DNA of 64,000 nucleotides. Source: Bacillota bacterium. GTDB taxonomy: Bacteria; Bacillota; Clostridia; TANB77; UBA1234. The stretch spans positions 5,542 through 69,541 of the forward strand of contig JAEEHF010000049.1 in the NCBI GenBank assembly GCA_016280725.1, written 5' to 3'. This document shows, in pieces, positions 36,908 to 46,137 of the stretch. Position numbers and translations under genes: made by a program. The notes below the pieces were generated by a model, which saw nothing but the letters and a program-made list of their open reading frames with translations, had not been told where the DNA came from and made no database searches. Every line of letters begins with the position of its first letter. Positions within the stretch are counted from its first letter, which is position 1.

Positions 36908-38194
36908 CTAAATTCTTGTCAATCTTGCTATATAAAACCCATCTGTATTATTAATGTTTGGATATAGTTTTATTTCTTCTTCAAGTCTAAAATCTTTATG
37001 TTCTTCTAAAAACTTTTCTACTTGATTTTCATTTTCCTCTTTAAGCACTGTACAAGTGCTATATACTAAAGTTCCACCAACCTTTAGGTACTTTGAACAG
37101 GTATTTAAAATCTCTTTTTGAATTACAACTATATCTTTAAGTTCTTCCTCGTTCCTAGACCATTTAATATCTGGCTTTTTTCTAATAACTCCAAGGCCAG
37201 AACATGGAACATCAAGCAAAATCTTATCATATTTTTCCTTAAGATTTTCGTTGTATTCTGACGCATCCATAACACTTGTATTTACTATAGTTACTTCCTG
37301 AGTTTGACATGCATTCTTTACCAATTCAACTCTATGTTCATGAATGTCCCACGCATCAACAATTCCTTTATTGTTCATTAACTCTGCAATATACGTCGTT
37401 TTTCCACCAGGACTTGAACAAGCGTCTAAAACAATATCGTTTTCTTTTGGGTTTAGTTTAAGCACTGATAATTGAGCCGCTTCATCTTGAACTACACACA
37501 ATGAATCATCTAGATTGGTGTAGCCAATAATAAATATGCTATCGCTTAAGTTTCCACTTTCAGCATCGACTCCGTTTTCAATTAGTAACTTAACAAGATT
37601 GTCTCTAGTTATTTTTAGCCTATTTGCTCTTAATGCTATTCTTGGGTTTTGGTTATTGGCTTCTAAAAGTCCTTTTACAAAATCTTTATCTGCGAATTCT
37701 TCTAAAAGCTTTTCCACAAGCCACAAAGGATGTGACGTTGTTATTGACAATTCTTCCTCATATGTGAGTTTTTGTTCTTTTATATAATCTAGTAATTTCT
37801 CTATTTCATTTTTTTCTATTTTTCTAAGTATTGCATTTACAAATTTAGCTGAAGCCTCATGCCCATATTTTTTTGCAAGTTTTACGCTCTCGTTTACTGC
37901 TGCACTTTCTGGTATTTTATCTAAATAGCATATTTGATATATTCCCATTCTTAAAATGTTAATTATCCAAGAAGAAATCTTTTTTAATCTAATGCTTGAG
38001 TACCTTCTAATAATTGTGTCCAAGGTAAGTTTCCATGTAATAACTCCATACACTAACTGCGAAACTAAGGCTTTGTCATTTTTTGACAAAGCCTTAGCCT
38101 TAGTTAGTTCCTTATTTAATGTTATATTGGAATAACCCTCTCCAATTTCAATCTTATATAAAGTATTTAGAGCAATTTCTCGAGCGTCTTGCAA
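36908..38194 (-). CDS. rsmB: 16S rRNA (cytosine967-C5)-methyltransferase
   Basis: NusB-like N-terminal domain, SAM site DACSSPGGKT, and the catalytic DVPCSG and TCT motifs. Confidence 0.9.
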   Translation of the reverse strand: MQDAREIALNTLYKIEIGEGYSNITLNKELTKAKALSKNDKALVSQLVYGVITWKLTLDTIIRRYSSIRLKKISSWIINILRMGIYQICYLDKIPESAAVNESVKLAKKYGHEASAKFVNAILRKIEKNEIEKLLDYIKEQKLTYEEELSITTSHPLWLVEKLLEEFADKDFVKGLLEANNQNPRIALRANRLKITRDNLVKLLIENGVDAESGNLSDSIFIIGYTNLDDSLCVVQDEAAQLSVLKLNPKENDIVLDACSSPGGKTTYIAELMNNKGIVDAWDIHEHRVELVKNACQTQEVTIVNTSVMDASEYNENLKEKYDKILLDVPCSGLGVIRKKPDIKWSRNEEELKDIVVIQKEILNTCSKYLKVGGTLVYSTCTVLKEENENQVEKFLEEHKDFRLEEEIKLYPNINNTDGFYIARLTRI

Positions 38195-38209
38195 TGCTCC
38201 ATCTCCTTT

Positions 38210-40468
38210 TTATTTTAAGTCTTTAACACGTACTTTTGTTAATCCAAATGAATACCTTATAGCCTCTACAATTCTATCACATGCATTTCCATCGCCATAA
38301 GGATTTATTGCTTTGCTCATCTTGTCATAAGCCTTTTTATCAAGAAGTAATGTTTTTGCTTCTTTTACAATGACATCTTTATCTGTGCCAACTACCTTTA
38401 CAGTACCAGCTGTAACTGCTTCTGGTCTTTCAGTTTCATTACGAAGAACTAATACTGGTTTTCCAAGTGAAGGAGCTTCTTCTTGGATACCACCCGAATC
38501 AGTTAGTACTAGGTAAGACTTATTCATTAAGTTGTGTGTTGTTATAACCTCTAAAGGTTCAATTAAATGAACATTATCTAACCCATCTAAGACTCTATGT
38601 GCTACTTCTTGTACCGCTGGATTTAAGTGAACAGGATAAATAACTTCAACATTTGGAACTGTAGTTGCAATTTCTTTTACTGCTTCACAAATATTTTCAA
38701 GTGGCTTTCCAAGATTTTCTCTCCTATGAGCAGTCATGAAAATAACTTTTTTCTTAAAGTCTATTTCTTTTAGCACTGGATGAGTAAATTCATAATTATC
38801 TTTTACGGTTGTTTTAAGTGCATCTATAACAGTATTTCCTGTTATGAAAATATCTTTTTCATTAACACTTTCCTTTAATAGATTGTCCTTATTATTTTGT
38901 GTTGGTGCAAAGAATAAATCTGTAAGTTGTGTAACAATTTTTCTATTCATTTCCTCAGGGAAAGGAGAATATTTATCGTATGTTCTAAGACCAGCTTCAA
39001 CATGGCCAACTTTAACCTTAGAATAGAACGCTGCTTCAGCTGCTGAAAGAGTTGTTGTTGTATCTCCATGGACAAGAACAATATCTGGCTTTTCTTCTTC
39101 GATAACATCAAACACTCCATTAAGAGCTTCTGAAGTAATATGTGTAAGAGTTTGTCTTGACTTCATAATATTTAAGTCATGATCTGGCTTTATATTAAAT
39201 GCATCTAAAACTTGATCTAGCATTTCTCTATGCTGAGCCGTAACACAAACAATTGTCTCAATGTCATCTCGCTTTTTTAATTCAAGAACAAGCGGACACA
39301 TCTTAATAGCTTCTGGTCTAGTTCCAAAAACTAACATTACTCTAAGTTTTGAACCACCATTTGTATAGTTCTTTATTTCTGGCTTATTCAAACCTTTACG
39401 CTTTTTAATGATAATATTTCTTCTTTCTAAAAGCATCAATATAAGCATTATGGCCAAAAATCCAATTGTTTTCCAAATTGAACTTTGCATTAACACAATT
39501 GCAAAAATACCAAACATTGCGGCAATTGCATAAAGAACAAGTACGGCTTGCTTTTGAGAAAGGCCTAAGTCAACTAACCTATGGTGTAAATGACCTCTGT
39601 CGGCTTGCATTATAGATTTTCCAGAAATAAGCCTTCTAATAATAGCAAATAAAGTGTCAAAAATAGGAAGTGCAAGTACAATAACAGGCAATATAATTGC
39701 CATAAGTGTATATGTCTTAGCCATACCTATCATTGAAACAGCTGCTAATGTATAGCCCACAAAGTTTGCTCCTACATCTCCCATAAATGTTTTTGCCGGA
39801 TTAAAGTTATAAGGCAAAAATCCTAATAGGCCTCCAAGAAGTGCTGCAACCATAATTAATGCAATAATTGGCGATCCATTTAAAACAAATATAACCAATA
39901 ATGATAGTACTGCAATAGCGGAAACTCCACCAGCTAAACCATCAAGCCCATCTAGAAGATTGATTGCATTAGTTACTCCAACGACCCATAAAACAGTAAT
40001 AATAACAGATAATACTTCATTTAATCCATATATTTCTAAAAATGGTATATCTATATAAAGAATTCTTACTCCACTGCAAACTACACATAACGCTGCTAAA
40101 ACCTGTCCAAGTAGTTTTAGCATTGGCTTAATTCCCTCTTTAGATATATTAATATCATCTAAAAGCCCAACAATAGATATAATGATTGCTCCTAGATAAA
40201 ATCCAATTAAATTAACCTCTGTGAAGTTGGCCGTTCTATCTATGCTACAAAACAAAAACATTATTAAAGTTGAAACAAGGAATCCTATGATAAAAGCTGT
40301 TCCTCCGATTCTTGGCATTGGCTTAGAATGAATTCTTCTCTCATCTTTAGGTATATCAACCGCTCCAACTTTATATGCTAATCTTATTGAAAATGGTGTT
40401 AGTATAGCTGTAGAAACACAAGCTATAACAAACGACATTATTAAATTTAACCAATCAGTCGATGACAT
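38210..40468 (-). CDS. Fusion protein: MraY/WecA/TagO-family polyprenyl-phosphate GlcNAc-1-P transferase (N-terminus) plus UDP-GlcNAc 2-epimerase WecB/MnaA (C-terminus)
   Basis: Residues 1 to about 345 form a polytopic GT4/MraY-like domain (NAINLLDGLDGLA, FMGDVG). From about 372 the sequence is epimerase-like (VFGTRPEAIKMCP, HVEAGLRT, TDSGGIQEE). It is one uninterrupted 752-aa ORF. Confidence 0.85.
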   Translation of the reverse strand: MSSTDWLNLIMSFVIACVSTAILTPFSIRLAYKVGAVDIPKDERRIHSKPMPRIGGTAFIIGFLVSTLIMFLFCSIDRTANFTEVNLIGFYLGAIIISIVGLLDDINISKEGIKPMLKLLGQVLAALCVVCSGVRILYIDIPFLEIYGLNEVLSVIITVLWVVGVTNAINLLDGLDGLAGGVSAIAVLSLLVIFVLNGSPIIALIMVAALLGGLLGFLPYNFNPAKTFMGDVGANFVGYTLAAVSMIGMAKTYTLMAIILPVIVLALPIFDTLFAIIRRLISGKSIMQADRGHLHHRLVDLGLSQKQAVLVLYAIAAMFGIFAIVLMQSSIWKTIGFLAIMLILMLLERRNIIIKKRKGLNKPEIKNYTNGGSKLRVMLVFGTRPEAIKMCPLVLELKKRDDIETIVCVTAQHREMLDQVLDAFNIKPDHDLNIMKSRQTLTHITSEALNGVFDVIEEEKPDIVLVHGDTTTTLSAAEAAFYSKVKVGHVEAGLRTYDKYSPFPEEMNRKIVTQLTDLFFAPTQNNKDNLLKESVNEKDIFITGNTVIDALKTTVKDNYEFTHPVLKEIDFKKKVIFMTAHRRENLGKPLENICEAVKEIATTVPNVEVIYPVHLNPAVQEVAHRVLDGLDNVHLIEPLEVITTHNLMNKSYLVLTDSGGIQEEAPSLGKPVLVLRNETERPEAVTAGTVKVVGTDKDVIVKEAKTLLLDKKAYDKMSKAINPYGDGNACDRIVEAIRYSFGLTKVRVKDLK

Positions 40469-40477
40469 TCATGACAC

Positions 40478-40909
40478 CTATCTTTCTTCAAATTCCTTAA
40501 TTTTATCTATTCTTCTTTGGTGTCTTTCGCCTTCAAATTTTGCTTTTGTCCAAATTTTAATAATGTCAATAGCTTCTTCTTTTGTAACATATTCAGCTGG
40601 AATCGCTATAATATTCACGTCTTCATGCCTTTTTGCGTACTCAGCGATTTTTTTATTATAGCATAAACCACAACGTATACCCTTAACTTTGTTAGCGCAA
40701 ATATCGACTCCTATACCTGTTTTACAAATCAAAATACCTTTTTCAACGATACCCTTTGCAACATCTTTAGCAAGTGGAATTGCTATATCTGGATAGTCAC
40801 AAGGTGCATCTGAAAAAGTACCATAATTTTTAAAATTGTCTTCTCCTAATTTTTCGATAATATATTTTTTTAATTCGTAACCTCCATGGTCACTTCCAAT
40901 GGCAAACAT
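40478..40909 (-). CDS. rpiB: Ribose-5-phosphate isomerase B
   Basis: 143 aa LacAB/RpiB family protein (IGSDHGGYELK, CKTGIG). Confidence 0.88.
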   Translation of the reverse strand: MFAIGSDHGGYELKKYIIEKLGEDNFKNYGTFSDAPCDYPDIAIPLAKDVAKGIVEKGILICKTGIGVDICANKVKGIRCGLCYNKKIAEYAKRHEDVNIIAIPAEYVTKEEAIDIIKIWTKAKFEGERHQRRIDKIKEFEER

Positions 40910-40977
40910 AAGGTCCTCCTTTTGCCTTAAAATCTAAGTAATTATACCACAAATTCGCAATTTTTCAAGAATTTTTG

Positions 40978-41039
40978 GACTTTTGGGGACACGACATTGA
41001 GGAGAAAAAATTCTCCTCAATGTCGTGTCCCCAAAAGTC
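40978..41039. repeat. Perfect 29-bp-arm palindrome carrying the family 2 core (TGTCGTGTCCCCAAAA) in both arms
   Basis: GACTTTTGGGGACACGACATTGAGGAGAA-aaaa-TTCTCCTCAATGTCGTGTCCCCAAAAGTC. It sits in the divergent promoter region between rpiB/tagO-mnaA and the tagA fusion gene. Confidence 0.9.
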
Positions 41040-41110
41040 TCCTCTAATATTGTTTTTTTTCCCACTTTCTATTAAAATATCCTTAGAATTTATCAAAAAA
41101 GGAGCCTTTT

Positions 41111-43048
41111 ATGGAAAAAATCGAAGTTTTAGGTGTAAATTTTGACAATGTCACTATGGATGAAGCAATTTCACGTTGTGAAGTGATGCTAAATTATGCA
41201 GATATTAGTCATATGATTGTCACTCCAAACCCTGAAATCGTAATGAAAGCTAACGAAGATGAAGAATATAAAGAGATAATTAACAATGCTTCTCTTGTTA
41301 TTCCTGATGGAATAGGCGTGGTTAAGGCATCAGAGATGTATGGAACGCCCCTAAAAGAAAGAGTTGCCGGTTATGACTTAATTTGTAATCTTCTAGAGAA
41401 ATATAAAGACGGCTCTAGAACCTTCTATTTTTGGGGTGGAAAGCCTGGAATCGCAGAACTAGCAAAGCAAAAACTTGAGGAAAAGTATCCTGATATTAAA
41501 ATATTAGGTACTTCAGATGGATATTTTGATGATGAAAAAAAGGCCGAAATAATTACAAACTTAAAGAAAATCCGTCCAGATGTGCTCCTAGTTGGGATTG
41601 GCTTTCCAAAGCAAGAAAAGCTTATAGCGGAATTAATGAATGAAAATATATTTAAAATTGCAATTGGATGTGGCGGAACACTTGATGTTCTTTCCGGAAC
41701 GGTAAAACGAGCACCAAAGTTATTCATTAAAACTCATATGGAATGGTTTTGGAGACTTATAAAAAATCCTTCTCGTGCTGGCAGAATGATGGTTTTACCA
41801 AAATTCATGAGAGAAGCAAAAAAAGATGCAAAAAAGAAGCATGTATATGTTAAAAAACATATTGGTGGCATCGAAAAAAGTTTCTTAACTACTATTACAA
41901 AAGACATTAACCTTTTAGCAATAATATTCATCTCATTACTAGCAATTGCTTTAAGAATGCAAACACTTAGTAATGAGTCTTGGGACTATCATCAATTCTT
42001 AGGCCCTTGGACAGAGGAAATGGCAAATAACGGAGGTGTCCTTTCTCTTGGAAATTATCCAGGTGACTATACTCCACCTTACATGATTATTCTTGCTTTA
42101 TTGACACATTTACCGTGGTCAACATTGTACACAATTAAAATAGTATCAATAATATTTGACTTTTTGCTTGCAATTGCGTGTGGAAAATTAGTAAAGAATG
42201 CCGTCAAGAATTATTCTAAGAGTCTGTTCACAATCACTTATGGTGTAGTTTTATTTCTACCACTAGTTTTCCTAAATTCATCCGTTTGGGGACAATGCGA
42301 CAATATATATACTTTTTTTGTAATATTATCACTAATCTATTTGCTTAAAAACAAATACTTTAGATCATTTTTGTTCCTGGGAATTGCATTTTCATTTAAG
42401 TTACAATTTATATTTATTTTACCGCTTTATTTGATAGTATACCTTAGAAAAAAGGACTTCTCTGTATTATACTTTTTGTTATTACCTATATCTCTGATAG
42501 TCCTTTCTATTCCTTCTCTAGTCCAAGGAATGGGATTATTAAAGCTATTTAATATTTATCTAAATCAAGCTGGCGAGTTTTCAACTTATTTATCACTAAA
42601 CTTTCCAAACTTGTACACAATTCTTAGCGGAAAAGACGATATGCTTGTATTTTCACACATGGGAATAGTTTTAGCTGTTTCAATCTGTGGATTATTATTG
42701 GTTTATTGTTTATCAAAGAAGATTAAAATGACAAAAGAAAACATTTTAAATCTAGGATTATTATCTATTATGCTTACAACATTCTTTTTACCTTGTATGC
42801 ATGAAAGATATTTGTATATGGGCGAAGTACTATCTGTTTTAGTATTTTTATCATACAAAAAGAATTTATTTGTACCATTCGTCTTGCAAACAATTTCATT
42901 AATAACATATTCAAATTATTTGTTTAAAGAAGCATTCCCGAATTCTTTGCCATTTCTTTCTATTGCATATGCAATTACAATCGCGGTATATGCTAAAAGA
43001 TTATCTGATACATGTGAGAAAGAGTTGCCAGAAGAAATAAAATCATAG
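41111..43048 (+). CDS. Fusion protein: WecG/TagA/CpsF (GT26) N-acetylmannosaminyltransferase domain plus a C-terminal polytopic GT-C-like membrane domain
   Basis: Residues 1 to about 245 are GT26-like (VTPNPEIVM, IPDGIGVV, GFPKQE, GCGGTLDVLSG, EWFWRL). Residues from about 265 to 645 have about 11 TM helices, with an acidic first external loop (ESWDYHQF) as in GT-C/PIG-V/DUF2029-type glycosyltransferases. Confidence 0.8.
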   Translation: MEKIEVLGVNFDNVTMDEAISRCEVMLNYADISHMIVTPNPEIVMKANEDEEYKEIINNASLVIPDGIGVVKASEMYGTPLKERVAGYDLICNLLEKYKDGSRTFYFWGGKPGIAELAKQKLEEKYPDIKILGTSDGYFDDEKKAEIITNLKKIRPDVLLVGIGFPKQEKLIAELMNENIFKIAIGCGGTLDVLSGTVKRAPKLFIKTHMEWFWRLIKNPSRAGRMMVLPKFMREAKKDAKKKHVYVKKHIGGIEKSFLTTITKDINLLAIIFISLLAIALRMQTLSNESWDYHQFLGPWTEEMANNGGVLSLGNYPGDYTPPYMIILALLTHLPWSTLYTIKIVSIIFDFLLAIACGKLVKNAVKNYSKSLFTITYGVVLFLPLVFLNSSVWGQCDNIYTFFVILSLIYLLKNKYFRSFLFLGIAFSFKLQFIFILPLYLIVYLRKKDFSVLYFLLLPISLIVLSIPSLVQGMGLLKLFNIYLNQAGEFSTYLSLNFPNLYTILSGKDDMLVFSHMGIVLAVSICGLLLVYCLSKKIKMTKENILNLGLLSIMLTTFFLPCMHERYLYMGEVLSVLVFLSYKKNLFVPFVLQTISLITYSNYLFKEAFPNSLPFLSIAYAITIAVYAKRLSDTCEKELPEEIKS

Positions 43049-43051
43049 CAT

Positions 43052-43089
43052 AAAAAACACGATCACTATTTTATAGTGATCGTGTTTTT
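43052..43089. terminator. Bidirectional intrinsic terminator
   Basis: AAAAAACACGATCACTAT-tt-TATAGTGATCGTGTTTTT, between convergent genes. Confidence 0.85.
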
Positions 43090-43091
43090 AT

Positions 43092-44240
43092 TTATTTTGC
43101 ACTTATATATCCATTTAACGGATTAACATAGTTACCATTTTCTCTAACCTCAAAGTGTAAATGAGGTCCCGTTGAATATCCGGTAGAGCCAACTTTCATT
43201 ATCTCTTGCCCGGCCTTAACTCTATCGCCAACAGATACTACTAGCTTGCTTGAGTGCGCATATAGTGTAGTAATTCCACCACCATGGTCAAGAACTATGT
43301 AGTTTCCATATGACGAACTATATTTAGCAACAATAACAACACCATCAGCGGCTGCAACAACCTTTGAACCATTACAGTTATATCCTGCAATATCGACACC
43401 AGTATGCAAACGGTTCTGTTTAAGTATTGGGTGGAATCTCATTCCAAATGGGGAAGTAATAGTGTAATGCCCTGGAAGTGGCCATGTCATTTTTCCACCA
43501 GTATATTTTGAACTTGTTTTATTTGCTCTAGCTGCAGCAGCTGCCGCTTCTTGGATCTCTCGAGTAAGTTTATCTGCCTCTGCCTTCATTTCATCTTCGG
43601 CTTTTTCCAACGCTGAATGATCTTCCTCTAATGCTTTTAGATATGCTTCTCTGGTTGATAGTGTTTTGTTTAAATCTTCTAGTCTGACTTCTAATTCAGC
43701 TTTTAACTCATTAAGTCTTTTATTTTCAGCTTCATATTTTGCTTTTTTAGCCTCAAGTTTTAACCTTGCCTTTTCAAGTTCATCGATAAGATTTGTATCA
43801 TAGCTAACAACTCTTCCAATTGCCTTTTCCATATACATCTTATCTGGTTCACTTTCTATTTTCGATACTTGCTCTTCTATAGAAATTGTGCCATTTTTGT
43901 AGTATGCTACCATTCTTTCTTTTCGAAGTTCATACTTTGCATCATACTCAGCTTGCGCAACTTCTATTTCGCCTTTTGTTTGCTTTATATCGTTTTCAAC
44001 GCTTGCAATTTCGCTTCTTGTATTTGCAATGCTTTCTTTTGTGTTGTTAATATTTACGTCAATTTGTTTTATTTCGTCTTTAACAGTATTTTGCTTCTTT
44101 TCATTTTCTATAATCTGATCTTGAGTCTTAGATATTTCCTCTTTTTTATCTTTTAGCTGTTGCTCTTTAGTTGCAGCTATAGCAAAAGAAAAATTAATTA
44201 GCATAATTATTGCCAACACCAAACTTGCAAGCCTTTTCAT
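43092..44240 (-). CDS. EnvC/PcsB-like coiled-coil M23 peptidase (probable FtsEX-coupled hydrolase)
   Basis: Signal peptide, a coiled-coil region of about 230 aa, and a C-terminal LytM domain (HTGVDIAG ... GSTGYSTGPHLHFEVR). It lies directly downstream of ftsE-ftsX. Confidence 0.85.
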   Translation of the reverse strand: MKRLASLVLAIIMLINFSFAIAATKEQQLKDKKEEISKTQDQIIENEKKQNTVKDEIKQIDVNINNTKESIANTRSEIASVENDIKQTKGEIEVAQAEYDAKYELRKERMVAYYKNGTISIEEQVSKIESEPDKMYMEKAIGRVVSYDTNLIDELEKARLKLEAKKAKYEAENKRLNELKAELEVRLEDLNKTLSTREAYLKALEEDHSALEKAEDEMKAEADKLTREIQEAAAAAARANKTSSKYTGGKMTWPLPGHYTITSPFGMRFHPILKQNRLHTGVDIAGYNCNGSKVVAAADGVVIVAKYSSSYGNYIVLDHGGGITTLYAHSSKLVVSVGDRVKAGQEIMKVGSTGYSTGPHLHFEVRENGNYVNPLNGYISAK

Positions 44241-44261
44241 TAGTTATTTCACCTCTTATCT

Positions 44262-45149
44262 TTAAACATCCAAATATTTCTTCATAGATGTTGAGCTTCC
44301 TACTACTCCAATTAAGATACCTATAAAGAATAGAATTCCTAGCAATTCTGGGAACATCGAATTAATCGTAATAAAACTAAATCCGCTTTCTAATGTATTC
44401 ATAGACTTAACAAATGCCGGGTAACCAAAGTTGATTATTAGCATGGTAAGTCCAACTGCTACAACAGCTATAACAATTCCTTGTATAGCAAACGGAGCTC
44501 TAATAAAGTTATTTCTCGCTCCAACATATTTCATAATTGATATTTCTCTGCGCTTAGCAAACATCATTAGTTTTGTAATATTCATCATTAAGAATATCGA
44601 AAATTCCACAATGTAAATAATAGCAACTATAGCAATTGATTTAAATACTTCTGCATCCCTTGCCTTTTCAGCTGCATATTGATTAACAGTAATATCTTCA
44701 AGCCCTTTTATTTTAGTTAGGCCATTAACTATCGTGCCAACCGCGCGAACATCATCAAACGTTATAACATAATATGCTGGATAAATAGTTCTAAGTACCT
44801 CATCAGTAAATCCGTCTACCATAATAGGATTTAAACTTTTTGCAAGATTTATTGCGTAATCTTTGTTTCTATAGGTACTCGTTGCTACTCCATATATTTG
44901 GTCAATCTTGTCGCCAATTAAAACCGCTTCATCATCAGTAAGATTAATTCCAACATAAGCAACAATATTTGAACTTCTATCTTTTGTGTCGTCTATAAGC
45001 TTGTTTTCGTTCATATAAACAAGGTACGCTACAGCAACTAATAACATAGCAGCAAACATTGTACCCAAAGAAATAAGCGTATTTTTAATGTCTTTCTTCA
45101 TACTCAAAAAAGCATCTTTAAGAAGGTATCCCATCGTATTTAAACTCAT
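44262..45149 (-). CDS. ftsX: Cell division ABC transporter permease FtsX
   Basis: 295 aa from MSLNTMGYLLKDAF, with four TM helices and a large first extracellular loop. ATG 45149 is one nt after the ftsE stop. The longer track ORF (to 45287) overlaps ftsE by 137 nt. Confidence 0.85.
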   Translation of the reverse strand: MSLNTMGYLLKDAFLSMKKDIKNTLISLGTMFAAMLLVAVAYLVYMNENKLIDDTKDRSSNIVAYVGINLTDDEAVLIGDKIDQIYGVATSTYRNKDYAINLAKSLNPIMVDGFTDEVLRTIYPAYYVITFDDVRAVGTIVNGLTKIKGLEDITVNQYAAEKARDAEVFKSIAIVAIIYIVEFSIFLMMNITKLMMFAKRREISIMKYVGARNNFIRAPFAIQGIVIAVVAVGLTMLIINFGYPAFVKSMNTLESGFSFITINSMFPELLGILFFIGILIGVVGSSTSMKKYLDV

Positions 45150-45150
45150 A

Positions 45151-45909
45151 CTACACACCCGCCCTTCTTTTTCCAAATGAAAAGCTGTGCTTAATATATC
45201 TTGACTCTTCGCTTTCTTCTTCCGGTTCTTTTTCTGAATATCCGCTATTTTCTTTATCGCTATGAACATTACCTTTTTCAATTGCAATTACTCTCTTTTG
45301 CATTCTATCAACAATGTCTTTTGCATGAGTAGCAACTACAACCGTTGTTCCTCTTCTATTAATATCGCTTAATAATGACATTATCTCCCATGCTGTATCA
45401 GGGTCAAGATTTCCAGTTGGTTCATCTGCTATAAGAACCGAAGGGTTATTCACTATTGCTCTAGCAACAGCCACCCTTTGTTGCTCTCCACCAGATAGTT
45501 GATCTGGATATTGGTCTGCTTTATCCATAAGCCCAACTAATGACAATGCATTTGGAACTTGCCTTTTTATTAATTTTGGATTTGCCTCAATAACTCTCAT
45601 GGCATATGCAACATTTTCATAAACTGTTTTATCAGGCAAAAGCCTAAAATCCTGAAATACAATTCCCATACTTCTTCTTAGATTAGGAATTCTTCTTTTT
45701 GAAATTTTAGTTATATCAATTCCGTTTACAAAGATATGCCCAGATGTCGGTTCTACCTCTTTCATAATCATTTTCATAAGAGTAGATTTTCCACAACCAC
45801 TTGGGCCAACTAGAAAAACAAATTCGCCCTTTTCGATATACAAACTTGTATCATTAACCGCCGCTACGCCCGTAGAATATACCTTCGTAACGTTTCTAAA
45901 CTCTATCAT
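45151..45909 (-). CDS. ftsE: Cell division ATP-binding protein FtsE (with an acidic C-terminal extension of about 25 aa)
   Basis: Walker A GPSGCGKST, signature LSGGEQQR, Walker B LIADEPTGNLD. Confidence 0.9.
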   Translation of the reverse strand: MIEFRNVTKVYSTGVAAVNDTSLYIEKGEFVFLVGPSGCGKSTLMKMIMKEVEPTSGHIFVNGIDITKISKRRIPNLRRSMGIVFQDFRLLPDKTVYENVAYAMRVIEANPKLIKRQVPNALSLVGLMDKADQYPDQLSGGEQQRVAVARAIVNNPSVLIADEPTGNLDPDTAWEIMSLLSDINRRGTTVVVATHAKDIVDRMQKRVIAIEKGNVHSDKENSGYSEKEPEEESEESRYIKHSFSFGKRRAGV

Positions 45910-46095
45910 TTATGTCCTCCAATAACAATTAACAGTACTAGCTAATTTTAAACACAATTACTCGTATAACAATTTTATCAATAGAATATAGTGAAATCAA
46001 CTGTTAAGCCTATAAAGACACAAAAAAGTTACATATTACAGAAATGTTACAACAATATAAACTCAATCGATTACAAGGCTTTTCTATTTTATCAA

Positions 46096-46131
46096 ACAAA
46101 AAAGATGTGCTTTATATAAAGCACATCTTTC
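46096..46131 (-). terminator. Intrinsic terminator after the lipoprotein gene
   Basis: On the minus strand: AAAGATGTGCTTTA-tat-AAAGCACATCTTTTTTG. Confidence 0.8.
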
Positions 46132-46137
46132 GTTATG

